Assembly (NCBI GenBank): GCA_000004695.1
Contig: CM000152.2
Coordinates: 672,001 to 736,000, forward strand
Reading direction: 5' to 3'
Length of the DNA stretch: 64,000 nucleotides
DNA from: Dictyostelium discoideum
Taxonomy: Eukaryota
A program made the position numbers and the translations under genes. Below the pieces are notes generated by a model. The model was not told where the DNA came from. It saw only the letters and a list, made by a program, of their open reading frames with translations, and searched no databases. Positions 39,190 to 52,671 of the stretch are shown here, piece by piece. The stretch's first letter is position 1, and each line of letters starts with the position of its first letter.

Positions 39190-41754
39190 ATGTCAGAACA
39201 TAGACATAGATCAGGTGATTTACATCAACAAAATAAAGGATTCAAAGGAGGTAAACATGATAGTAAAGGCGCTATCAAGAGAAGAGCACAAGGTAAAATT
39301 GAAACCAATGGAGCAAGACAATCAATCAAAAATTTAGCAATTGTAAACAATAAAGATGCAATGAGACAAAAACATCAAAAATTGGTTAAATCTAAAAAGA
39401 ATGAATTATTAGAAAGAAAAAGATTAGGTTTACCAGATCAAGTTGCACCACGTGTTGTTGTAAGTTTTTTTGTTTTTTTACTTTTTTTGTTTTTTATTAT
39501 TATAATAATATTAATATATTTTTTAAAAATTTATTTTTTTTAGACAATTATTAAATTATCAGAATCATGTAATACCAAAAAAGTAAAAGAAATGTTATTA
39601 CAAAAATTTAAATTAAATATAAATACTGGTGAAATGGAAATGGATAATGAGGAAACATTAAATAATAAAAACAATAATAATGATAATTTTACAACTATTT
39701 CATTAACAAGTAAAGTTAGAATGATGTTATTAGAATGTCAAACAATGGCATACGATCAAGTTATTGAATTTTGTAAACTTTCAGATATTATATTATTTGT
39801 AATTGATGCAAATCAAGCCAAATTAAATTCTGAAGCAGAACGTATTTTCACGATTGTTAAAGCACAATCAGTGCCAACCGTGATTGAAATCATTCAAAAT
39901 TTAGATCAAACACCAATAAAGAAAAGAAATGAGTTAAAGAAATCGATTCAATCAGTTTTTCATTTTCATTTCCCAAATGAACCAAAAGTATTACCAATGG
40001 ATACAAATGATGAATGTTCTCAAGTTTTAAGATATATTGAAAATATACATGTAAATGAAATCATTTGGAGAAAAGTTCGTCCATATATGTTAATTGAGAA
40101 ATCTTCATATATTCCAGAGACTAAGGTCGTAACAATCGATGGTTTCATTAGAGGTAATAATTTAAGTGCAAAACAAATCATTCATATTCCAGATTATGGT
40201 GATTTTCAAATTGAAAAAATTGAATTAATTGATGATCCACATATTCGTAAGAAATCTTATTATACAAACAACAACAACAACAATAGCAACAATAACAATA
40301 CTGGTGGTGGTGAAATGGAACAAGATAAAAAAATTAATATTTTAGATAAGGTTGATCAAAAAGATAAAGATACACTTCAAACTTGGAATGTTCCTGATCC
40401 AATGGATAATGAACAAGCATTACCAACCGCTGAAGAAATGAAAGAAATTGAAGCAAATAAAAAAAAGAAATTAGTACCAAAAGGTACCTCAGGTTATCAA
40501 TCATCTTGGTATTTAGATAATGAATCTGATGAAGAAGAAGAAAATTTTGAAAATGAAGATTTAGATATGAATCAAGAAGAAATGGGTCAAGATAAAGAAG
40601 AAGAAATGGGTGAAGAAGAAGAAATGGGTGAAGAAGAAGAGGAAGAAGAAGAAGGACAAGAAGAATTAGAAGAAGTTAAAGAAAGTAATAAATGGAAAGG
40701 TATTAAACATAAATCACAAATTACAGATGAGTTATTAAAAGATAGTGATGATGAGGATGATGATGAAAATAAAGAAGAACAATCAGAAGATGAAGATGAA
40801 GATGAACGTAAACAATTACAACAAGATGAAATTTTATATCCAGATGAAGTTGATACACCCGGTAATGTACCATCACGTATTAGATTTTCAAAATTCAGAG
40901 GATTGAAATCATTCCGTTCTTCACCATGGGATGTTAAAGAGAATTTACCAATTGATTATGCAAAGATTTTCCAATTCCATTCATTCAATCAATCAATGAG
41001 AGCATCGATTGCTATTCTTGATAATGCACCAGCCAAACCAGATATGTATGTTAGAATTCATTTAGTTAATGGTCCAAAACAATTGGTTGAGCGTAATACC
41101 ACCGCGATCACCACCAAGCCAGAGGTTGCCGTCGGTCTTTACCGTTATGAAAATAAGATTTCATTATTACATTTCTCTGTTGAAAAACATAAATCCTATG
41201 AAGAGACTGTTAGATCTAAAGAAGAGGTTTACTTTCACTTTGGTTGGAGAAAATTCTCAACTTCACCAATCTATTCAATTAGTTCACCAAATTGTGATAA
41301 ACAAAAGTTTGAAAAGTTTTTATTACCTGCTAGAAATACAATGGCAACAATCTATGGTCCAATCACTTATCCACCAGCTCCATTATTAATTTTCAATGGT
41401 AAGGATTGTAATGAATTGGTTGCAACTGGTTATCTCTCAAGTGTAAATCCTGATCGTATCATTTGTAAACGTATCATTCTCACTGGTGTTATTGCTAAAT
41501 CAATCTCAAAGAAATTCGTAACCGTTAAAGATATGTTTTATTATCCAGAAGATATTAATTGGTTTAAAAAAGTTGAACTTTATACAAAGATGGGTCGTGT
41601 TGGTCATATAAAAGAACCTTTAGGTACTCATGGTCGTATGAAATGTCAATTCGATGGTACTATGAATCAACAAGATACAGTTTGTATGAATCTTTATAAA
41701 AGAGTTTATCCAAAATGGATTAAAGATGATTCATCTTTATTAAAATTAGAATAA
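39190..41754 (+). CDS. tsr1: Pre-rRNA-processing / 40S ribosome biogenesis protein TSR1 homolog (Bms1/Tsr1 family), 2 exons, about 826 aa
   Basis: Exons 39190..39459 (donor GTAAGT at 39460) and 39544..41754 (acceptor ...TTTTTTTAG). N-terminus MSEHRHRSGDLHQQNKGFKGGKHDSKGAIKRRAQGKIE, compared with human TSR1 MAAHRPGPLKQQNKAHKGGRHRGRGSAQRDGKGRL. A central acidic insert (EEEMGEEEEMGEEEEEEEEGQEE). C-terminal AARP2CN/DUF663-type region (...RFSKFRGLKSFRSSPWDVKENLP...GWRKFSTSPIYS...). Confidence 0.8.
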
Positions 41755-41813
41755 ACAAATAAAAAAAAAAAATAAAAAAAAATAATTAAATAAAATAAAT
41801 AATTTTAAAAAAA

Positions 41814-41844
<31 letters not shown>

Positions 41845-41906
41845 TATTTTTATATATACTTATAATTTATTTTAAATTTTATTTAAATTTTTATTTTAAA
41901 AAAATT

Positions 41907-43329
41907 TTAAAAAGATGAAGAAATTAATGAAGATTGATTCATTGATAAGATATTACTATTTTTTTGATTATTAATTAAAGTATTTGCAATTGAAGAGATT
42001 GAATTATTTGGTAAAAGAATTAATTTTGTAAGTGTTGAAAATTTGGTAAAGATTGATGTTGAAACACCAACAGAATGAGTGATTGAAGCTTGAGCTGGAG
42101 TGCCACGTCTTTCAAGGTCTTGAGAATTGTTTGCACTAGAGGCAACCAATTGTGATAAAACTGTTTCCTTTGGATAGGTGACAACATGTGGTTGAACATT
42201 TGATGCGATACCAACCAATTCTTTGGCAACTTCAATTGCCTCTTTCAAGCCACCCAATTTATCAACGAGTGAGAGTTTTAATGCTTGAGCACCAGTCCAA
42301 ACACGACCACGAGCAATCTCTTCAACTTGATCACGAGTTAATCTACGACCTTTACTAACTTTACTAGTGAAATCTTCATAAATGAAATCCATATAACTAT
42401 TGACCTCGGCCAATTGCTTTTCTGTGTAATTGTGTAATGAGGAGAAGTAAGTTGAATTGTCAGTGGCACCATCTGGATTCAAATGGAGGGCATCAAATTT
42501 GACATGAACCTTCTCTTCCCACATTCCTTTCAAATTGAATTTAGCAGTTAAAACACCAATTGAACCAGTTAGTGTTGCACCCAATGCAACGATTTTATCG
42601 GCATTACAAGCGAAGAAATAACCACCACTTGCGCAATAGGTACCCATTGAAATTACGATCTTCTTGCCTGCTTTCTTTGATGCTTCAATCTCATGATGAA
42701 CCATATCCGATGCGATATAAGAACCACCTCCACTATTGACTCTAATTACGATTGCTTTTACATCTTTATCCAAAGTGGCTGAACGAATTGCCAATACTAA
42801 ACTATCACTACCAATTGATGGGCCACCATTGTATTTATTGGCACTTGTACCTTGATGAATTGTACCCTCTGCATTAATCAATGCAATAACACCTTGTTGT
42901 GATCTACCAAACTTTTTACCATATAATGGTTTGGTTTTGGCATTATATTTATGGGCATATAAAAGATTTGAATTCTTTTTAGTGGTTTCCAACTTTTCAT
43001 AGGTTGTAGTATAAACTTCATCACCATACAATGTTGAATCAACCAATTTATTTACCAATGCTTTATCAGATGAAAATGGTCCACTTTCAAATAATTCATT
43101 TACTCTTTCTTTAGTTAATGATCTATCCTTTGCAATATCTTCAATAATTTGTTCATAAAGACTTTTAAAAATTGCATTCATTGATTCCTTTTCTGGTTCT
43201 GTTAAATGTTCATTAACTAATCCACTTAAAGCATTCTTTATTTATAAAAAAAAATAAATAAATAAAAAAATAAAAAATTAAAAAATATATATATTAATAA
43301 ATTAAATTTATTTTAAAATAAATAGAATA

Positions 43330-43380
<51 letters not shown>

Positions 43381-43796
43381 CTTACTTTATATTCTTTTCT
43401 TGTAATTGTATCTGGTACAATATTTAATTTTTCAAGAGTTTTCTTAATGAAAGCGAAATCATATTGAGTATTAATTAAATTTAAAGTACCTGATGGTGCC
43501 ATATAGACATCATGGAAAATTGAAGCCATATAGTATCTACCAATACCACTACCAGCCTCACAGAATGAATCAGTGAAAGCAACGGTTCTCTTACCTTTAC
43601 TCTTAAAGAATGAAATTGCATTTCTAAATTCTTGAATATTTGCTAATGAAAATTGATTTTCACCACTTAATCTAACAATTAAACCAATCACCCTCTTATC
43701 ATTTGCTGCTTTTTCAATTGCATCTAAAAGTGATCTAAATGAAATAATATTTGGATCAAGTAATTTTTCAATTGGACTAATATCAACCTAAAATTA

Positions 43797-43834
<38 letters not shown>

Positions 43835-43854
43835 TAAATAAATATAAAATTAAA

Positions 43855-43885
<31 letters not shown>

Positions 43886-44110
43886 TATTACATCAGATGT
43901 ATCAATTGTATTTGTAAAATCAATTTCTAAAATTGTATTATTTCTAATTCTATTTTTGATTAATTTAATTAATTTTGAGGTTACAATGAGACCAGTGGAA
44001 ATTAAAAATGATCTAAGCATTGGATGTTCATTTAAATATTTGGTAACTTCTCCAAGTTTTTTTAATGAGTCTAACTCTATGTTTTGTAAATTGTGAATGA
44101 TTTTACTCAT
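41907..44110 (-). CDS. Peptidase S49 family protein (signal peptide peptidase A / protease IV-like, ClpP/crotonase fold), 3 exons, about 649 aa
   Basis: Minus-strand exons 44110..43892, 43787..43386, 43235..41907. Donors GTAATA and GTAAGT. 73+134+443 codons. Motifs: IVIRVNSGGGSYIASD (S49 nucleophile region), MGTYCASGGYFFACNADKIVALGATLTGSIGV, and the first-domain repeat GLIVRLSGENQFSLANIQEFRNAI. Intron 2 contains (AAT)n. Confidence 0.8.
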
Positions 44111-44483
44111 TTTTTATGTTTATTATATTTATGTTTATGTTTATTTGGATTTTTTAATAAAGGTGAGAGGAAAAAAAAAAAAAAAATTGGGTTCTTCCAC
44201 AAAAAAAAAAAATTTAATTTAATTTAAAAAATAAAAAATAAAAAAAAAAAAAATAAAAAAAAAAAAAAAATAAAAAAAGTCGTGATGTTTTGTGTGCGTG
44301 TTTAATATCTTTGAAAATTATTCGCCAAATTAGGGTTATAATTATTATTATTATTTACATATTTATTTTTTTTGATTTTTCACTTTTTTTTTTTTTTAAT
44401 TTTTTTTTTTTCAAGATATTTCCATGAAAAAAAAAAAAAAGAAATAAAAAAAAAAATATTTTGGTTATAACTTTTATAACTTT

Positions 44484-44532
<49 letters not shown>

Positions 44533-44609
44533 CTACCATTATAATGTGGTATTATAGTATTTCATAATGTATTGTAATTTGTAATTTATTTGTTTAAAAA
44601 AAAACTTAT

Positions 44610-45246
44610 TTATAAACCAGGGATAGTAGGTTGATTATGCTGTTGTTGGTGTTGATGTTGATGTTGATGTTGTTGATGCTGTTGGTGTTGTTGGTGTGGA
44701 TGATGTTGGTGATGTGGAGGTTGGAAACTATGTTGTTGGTGTGGATTATTATTATTATTAAATTGATGTGGTTGCATCTTATGAATTGGCATTCCCGGTG
44801 AAAGGACCATACCTTGTTGTTGATGTGGTGGTGGTTGCATACCTTGAAATGGTAGTATTCCTTGTTGTTGTTGTTGTTGTTGTTGTTGTTGATACATTTG
44901 ACCTATTAATGATGATAAATAATAATAAAATGTTGTATAAATTAATAAATTAATAAATAAATAAATAAATTAATAAAAAAAGGGAGACTATTAATAGTAG
45001 TCTTTAAAACATACCATAAGGAGTAGGTATAATACCCATTGGTGGTTGATGAATTAATCTTCCTTTTGATTCTTCATATTCTTTTAATCTAGCTTCAATT
45101 AAACTTTGTGTGAATTCTGCTTCAAATTGTTGATAAAATAACTGAACTGCTAGTTTATGCTGTTTACCAACTGTATGTGATTTTCTAACTGAAGGACTAT
45201 CATGTGTTAAATATTTATCACAATAGTCACAATAATATTTTGGCAT
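44610..45246 (-). CDS. snrpC: U1 small nuclear ribonucleoprotein C (U1-C), 2 exons, about 174 aa, with a Gln/His/Pro-rich C-terminal tail
   Basis: Minus-strand exons 45246..45015 (donor GTATGT) and 44902..44610 (acceptor ...TTAATAG). N-terminal matrin/U1-C C2H2 zinc finger [41 protein letters not shown], compared with human [41 protein letters not shown]. Tail: Q10, [24 protein letters not shown], (HQ)n. Confidence 0.85.
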
Positions 45247-45548
45247 CTCTTTTAAATATTAATAATAAATAAATAAATATATATATACAATTGTTGGTAT
45301 TTATTTATTAAATTTTCATAAAACAAAAAATAAAAATAAAAAAAAAAATAAAAAAAAAAAAAAAAAAAAAACGGAGGTAAGTAAAAAATAAAAAATAAAA
45401 AAAAAAAAAAATTTGTGTTATTGTGGAAATTTTGTAAATAAATAAATTTTAAAAATAAAAATTCTGTTTTCAAAATTATTATTCTTATTATGTTTAATAA
45501 TTATATTGGTAGACACTTTCTTTCTTTTTTTTTTAAAATTTTTTTTTT

Positions 45549-45582
<34 letters not shown>

Positions 45583-45846
45583 TATTATTTTTTTTTTTTT
45601 TTTTTTATGAAAACTATTTTTATCCAATAATTTCCATTGATTCTTGTGTTTTTTTTGGATTTTTAAAAATTTGTTCATTTTAGGAAAAAGGGAAAGTAAA
45701 TACAATTTGAATAAACTTAATATTAATGAGGTAAAAATTTAATTAATAGTATTTTAAGATGTGTGATTTTAATTTGTTTTTGATTTTTTTTTTTTTTGAT
45801 TTTTTTTTTTTTTTTTTTTTTTCTTGTTTAAAAAATAATATTTTCT

Positions 45847-46532
<686 letters not shown>

Positions 46533-47214
46533 TGTATATGTATATGTGTGTGTTTATATCTTTAGATCAACAAATAAAGAAAAAAAAAATTAAAAAATTA
46601 AAAAATAAAAATAAAAATAAAAAAAAAAAAAGAAAAACGAAAAAAAACGACGTTTTTTGGATTTTAATATTTTTTTAATTTTTTTTTTTTTTTTTATTAT
46701 TTTTTTATTTTTATTATTTTATTTTTTATTATTTTTTTATTTTTTTTTTTTTATTTTTATTTTTTTTTTTTATTATTTTTTTTTTTTATTTTTTTTTTAT
46801 TTTTTTATTTTTTTTTTTTTTATTTTAATAATAAACCCACACAACCTCAAACAATAAATATATTTATTAGCCTGTCTTTAAAAAATTTTAATCCATTGTT
46901 TTTTTTGTTTTATTAAAATTTTTTTATTTTTCATTAAATTTATTATTATTTTATTTTGTGCATAATTTTTAAAAATTTTTTTATTTTTTTATTTTAATTT
47001 TATTTTGTTATATAATAATATAAGGAATATAAATTATAAATATAAATATTTTTGTTAGAAAAAAAAATAAAATAATAGAAAAAAAAAATAATAAAAAAAA
47101 AAAAAAGATAAAGAATAATTTAGATATCCACTTTTTTTGTATTGCATAATTCTTTTTTTTTTTTTTTTTTTTTTCTATTTCTTTCCATTACCAATAAACC
47201 AAAAAAAAAAAAAA

Positions 47215-47269
47215 AAAAATTTAATAATAATAAAATAACTGACCATTTAAGAATCAAATATAATTAACA

Positions 47270-47308
<39 letters not shown>

Positions 47309-47465
47309 AACTTATAATAATAAAATAACTGAACATTTAAGAATCAAATATAATTAACAAAAAAAAAAAAAAAAACCTAAAAATAATAATAATAACATAT
47401 ATATAATAATAAAATAATTGAACATTTAAGAATCTAATATAATAACAAAAAAAAAAAAAAAAAAA
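47215..47465 (+). repeat. Three tandem direct copies of an approximately 88-bp unit (core ATAATAATAAAATAACTGAMCATTTAAGAATCAAATATAATTAACAAAA), each followed by poly(A), 200-440 bp upstream of the SAC3/GANP gene start
   Basis: Copies at about 47221-47275, 47311-47362 and 47401-47446, with 2-4 substitutions between copies and a period of 88-90 bp. Confidence 0.8.
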
Positions 47466-47659
47466 CATTAACCAATTTTTCATATTTCATTTTTTCAATT
47501 GTTTTCAAATTTTTTATTTTTTTTTTTTTTTTTTGAATTTATTTTTGAATTTTTCTCCACTCTATTACACACCCCATTAAAAAAAAAAAAAAAACCCATA
47601 TACTTAAACAGTCACAAACAAAAACAAAAAAAAAAAAAAAAAAAAAAAAACAATTTAAA

Positions 47660-48320
47660 ATGAGTTTAAATTATAACGGTATGTATACAGCAGATAACAG
47701 TTGGGGTAATAAAGGTTCAGGTGCTGCTGTTGCTTATGGAGATAATACAAATATGAATAATGGTTATTGGTCTCAAGATAGCAATGTAGCAAATAATTTT
47801 TATGGTGATAATGGTTTTAATAATAGCAATAATTATGACCAATCACAAAATTATAATATTAATAATAATAATAGTAGTAATAATAATTGGAATCAACAAC
47901 AACAACTACAACAACCATCCTATGCACAAATCGTAGGTGGTAATTGGAGTCAAAATAATCAACAACAACAGCAACAACAGCAACAACAGCAACAACAAAT
48001 TTCACAACCAACTCAACTATCAACTGGATCATCACTAATTGTCCCTCCCCCAACCTTCAAAAAGAAAAAATCTCAAGCAACCACAGCATCAACAACATTG
48101 AATAAACAACCACAACAATCAATTATACAAAATACAGGTTCAATGAATAATATGAATAATACTATTAATAATATGAATAACATGAACATGAATACTACTA
48201 CTAATAATGGTAATAATATGAGTAATATGAATAATAATATTAATAATAATAATAGTATGAATAATATGAATTATAATTTGAATAATATAAATAGTAGCTG
48301 GAACCAACAATACCAACAGC

Positions 48321-48381
<61 letters not shown>

Positions 48382-49905
48382 GCAATATAATAATAATAAT
48401 CAATATAACCAATATAGTCAACAACCACCACCACCACCACAACAACAAATCCAACCACCAACACCACAACCAATTAAAAAAATCACTACACCAATTGCAC
48501 CTCTAACTCCCCCACCACAAACAGCAGCTAAAAAAGAAAAACCATCCAAAAGTTTAACATCTTATGTACAAAGAGCTTTTAAAGCAGCAGAGTCTCAAGA
48601 ACAATTAAAAGAAATGCAAGCATTAATTAAAGAAAAAATTAGTAAAGGTCATTCAAATATCGATTGGGATAATGAACCATTACCAACATTGTAAGTATAT
48701 AATTACAAATCGATATAATCATTTCTACAAATTAAATCTTTATTCTTTACTGACATTTTTTTTTTTTTTTTTTTAATATTAATTTTAGAATTAAAACGGT
48801 AAATATAAAAAGTAATGAAAAAATTTGGCAAGAAGATATGGTTCCACTTTCATTAAAAAATAAAAATAATAATAATAATAATATTAATAGTAAACAAGAT
48901 AAAAAAAGAAAAGCAAATGCACAATCAACAGTTTTTGATTCACCAAATAGTCAAAATAAAAGGTTACAAAGATTTGGAGGTAATAGTAATTGTCAGTATG
49001 CTCCAGGTACTGGTAGTTATTCAATTGAAAAATTTGGACAAGGTAAAGATTTACCACCATTCGATAGTAGTACAGAATTGGATTGGGACACATTGACAAT
49101 CAAAGGTACATGTACAGATTTAGAGAAACCATACCTTAGATTGACATCAGCACCAGATCCATCAACTGTAAGACCAGAGGAAGTTTTGAAAAAGACATTG
49201 GTATTCTTAAAAAAGAAATGGTTAGAGAAAGAGGATTACATCTATACTTGTGAACAATTTAGAAGTATTAGACAAGATCTCACCGTACAAAGAATAAAAA
49301 ATCGTTTCACCGTTGAAGTCTATGAAACTCATGCTCGTCTTGCATTGGAGAATCAAGACTTGGGTCAATTTAATCAATGTCAAACTCAATTGTTCCAACT
49401 CTACAAACAGCCAGGTCTTGCCTCATCAAGTATGAGTGAATTCTATGCCTATCGTCTATTGTATAACATCTACCAAGACAACAGTACCGATATCACTAAA
49501 ACCCTCACCGACATTGATAAGGATAAGTCGGGTGTTGGAAAGTTTGCCCATGTTCAACATGCACTCAAAGTTAGAACCGCCATTTACAATAACAACTATT
49601 GCTCCTACTTTAGACTTTGCAAAGATCCACCCAATATGGCCATATATTTGTTGGATAAGATCACACCACGTATACGTGTTCAAGCATTAAGAATGGTTTT
49701 GAAAGCCTATCGTCCAAACATTTTAATCTCTCAAATTATGGAATTAGGTTTCAAAAATGAAAAAGAGGCTCAAGAGTTTGTTGACAAAAACAAATTAATT
49801 TGGATCAATCCAAAACTTAAAAAAGAAATTGATGCAAAAGCCTCCTCTTCAATTCCTATTGAAATGCCAGTCGCTGTTGTTCATGCTGTTGATGGTCGTT
49901 GGTAA
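47660..49905 (+). CDS. SAC3/GANP-domain protein (LENG8 / Thp3-like), Gln/Asn-rich N-terminus, 2 exons, about 715 aa
   Basis: Exons 47660..48690 (donor GTAAGT at 48691, phase 2) and 48789..49905 (acceptor AATTTTAG). N-terminal prion-like Q/N region with two (CAA)n polyQ tracts. C-terminal SAC3/GANP-type PCI region: EKPYLRLTSAPDPSTVRPEEVLKKTLVFLKKKWLEKEDYIYTCEQFRSIRQDLTVQRIKNRFTVEVYETHARLALENQDLGQFNQCQTQLFQLY...VQALRMVLKAYRP. Confidence 0.75.
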
Positions 49906-50600
49906 ATCAATTTAAGAGACGACCTTTTTAATCATCTCTCTCTAAATTCTTCTCCAACCCCTTTCAACTGTGTGAGCAAACTTTTATGGCGTCTATAAAC
50001 AAACCAATTTCAAATCAAGCATATATTTATGCATACCAAATTATTAACATTACCAGTTCTCACACACCAAACACTAAACTCTTTTTTCCTCCCCCCTCAT
50101 CTCAACTAATTGTATAAATGAATAATACTACTAACCCCTTTCTCTCTTTTCTTTCTTTCTTTCTTTTTTTTTTTTTTTAATTTTTATTTTCTTTTAGCAT
50201 ATTTATTAAATATATTTCCTTTCGAACTAAATTTCAAATTCAATCAGAATTTTATTTACCAATTTGTAATTAAAAATAGTCAAAATAAATGAAGAATAAA
50301 AAAAAAAAAAAAATAATAATGACAATAATTAATAATAATAATAACATTTAAATTAAATAAAGAAAATAAACTCTTAGTTGGGTTTATAAAGTAATTTTTT
50401 TTTTTTGTTTTTTTTTAATTTTTTTATTCTTCATGTATAAGAAACTATGAATAGATTTTATTTTATTGTTAAAAAATAAAATAAATAAAAAAGGTAACAG
50501 CTATTAAATCTTAAAAAAAACCTTTTTATTTCTTTTTTTTTATTTTTTTTATTTCTTTTTTTTTATTTTTTTTTTTATTTCTTTTTTTTTTTTAAAATTT

Positions 50601-52035
50601 TTAATGAACACCATTTAAAGTTGGTGAAAAATTATTTGTTTGTGGTTTTAAAGGATTAACAATAGGTACATTAATATGTTGGATTGCCATTGCAACAATA
50701 CTTGTCATATTAACTTCAGGACCGAAAACTTTGATTGGGATATGTAATTTATGACCAATTTCTCTCATATGTTGTAAACCCGATTGATAATTTGGACCAC
50801 CTCTTCTAACGAAAATGGAAAGATTTGATTTAATGATATCATCATGATACTCTTTAATTGCTCTAATGATACCTTTGAAAGTGGCAGCCACATCAGTAAA
50901 ATTAGCAATACCACCACCAATTAATAATGCTCTTGGTCTAGAATCAGGATTTCTGGTTGCCAATGAAATTAAAGTGCATGCATATTTATGAGTATCCTCT
51001 TCATTTGGATCACCGGAATATTCACCATAATTTCCAAGCTCATTACCAAAACCTAAATCAGCAACAGTGTCAGCATAGATAACAGAGGCACCACCTCCGG
51101 CAACCATTGCCCATATTCTTCCTTTTGGATTTAATAAAGTTAATTTCAAGGATGCACCTGTTTTTTCATCAATTTCATTTACATAGGTTTCCTCTGGATA
51201 TAAACTTCTACCAAATGGTTGTGGAAATTGAACTGGTTCGCCATCAACTAACCAACGACCACCACATTTAAATGATGCACATTCATCAACTTCACCTCTT
51301 GCATCTAATGGATAAGGTTTACCTTCTGCATCTAATGTAAATGGATTCATTTCAATAAAATGGAATGATAAATCTATTATGAATTTTTAAAAAAATAAAA
51401 TAAAATAAATTAATAAATTATTAAAATATTAAAATATTAATTATTAATTATTTACCATTAAATAATTTATAAACATTTCTAATAAAATCAATAACATATT
51501 CTCTATTTTGTACAGAAGAATCAATTATTGTATGTAAATCAAATTTATCAATTGATTCACCATATGGAATTTCAATTGAGGAGACTTTATCCCAATTTTC
51601 TTCGATTTCCATACCACCACAATTTGAAAATGAAATTCTATTTGATTCTCTTTCTGCAGTGATTGAAAGGTAGTATTCTTCGGTATGTGGTAAAAATGGC
51701 TCAACAATGAAATGAGTAACCAATCCTGATTTACCTCCAATTTCAACTGGTTTATTTATTTTCTCTTTAATGAATTTATCGGCTTCTTCCAAAGTTGCAT
51801 TTAATAAAACTAAACCATTTTTACCTCTTTTTCCAAATAACATATCTGGTTTAACTACGAGTTTGGAATTGTTGACCCATATATTATCAATTGATTTCGA
51901 TAATTCAATAAGAGTTGGTGTTGTTGGTGAAACTTGAATCATCTTTAAATTTAATTTAGATCCATTGCATGATAATGCAAAATTATTTTTAATAATATAT
52001 TTTGTTGAATATTCTCTTAATTTCTTTCTTGCCAT
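50601..52035 (-). CDS. ATP-citrate lyase subunit A-like (ACLA/ACL small subunit; ATP-grasp + CoA-ligase N-terminal half), 2 exons, about 450 aa
   Basis: Minus-strand exons 52035..51456 (donor GTAAAT, phase 1) and 51373..50601 (acceptor ...CATAATAG). Near-colinear with plant [23 protein letters not shown], compared with Arabidopsis [33 protein letters not shown]...[19 protein letters not shown]...[16 protein letters not shown]...[28 protein letters not shown]...[33 protein letters not shown]...[28 protein letters not shown]...[14 protein letters not shown]. Confidence 0.9.
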
Positions 52036-52147
52036 TTTTTTTTTTTTTATTATTTTAAAAATTTGAAACTATTGAAATTAATTAAACAAAATTTACCACT
52101 AATAAAAATTATTTATATATATTTTATGTGTATACAAATATATATTT

Positions 52148-52192
<45 letters not shown>

Positions 52193-52462
52193 TATAAAAA
52201 ATATTAAAAAATAAATTAAATAAAAAAAAATAATTAAAATTAAAAAAAAAAAAAAAAAAAAGAAAAAGAAAAAATATAGTAATAATGGCGTTAATAATTA
52301 TGAAATTTAATTTTTAATTTTTTTTTGGATAAAAATAAAACAAAATAAAATAAAAAAAAATTATTATTTATTATTAATTATCTATGGAAGGGAATATAAA
52401 AATGATAAATTACTATCGTTTTTGTGTGTATGTTGTATTGTGGGAAAAAAAAATAAATAAAA

Positions 52463-52501
<39 letters not shown>

Positions 52502-52636
52502 AAAAGGTGGTAAATTGGTAGATTAAGAATTTAGATCCAATATAATTATATAATTTTATTATTACCTTTTTTCTTTAATTTTAAATTTTATATACTAATA
52601 ATAATATTATATTGGCCTTATGAATTTTAAAAAATA

Positions 52637-52671
<35 letters not shown>

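Noticed and set aside
47859-48473. Minus-strand poly-Val/Leu ORFs opposite the SAC3/GANP gene
   Set aside because: They are antisense of the (CAA)n polyQ tracts.
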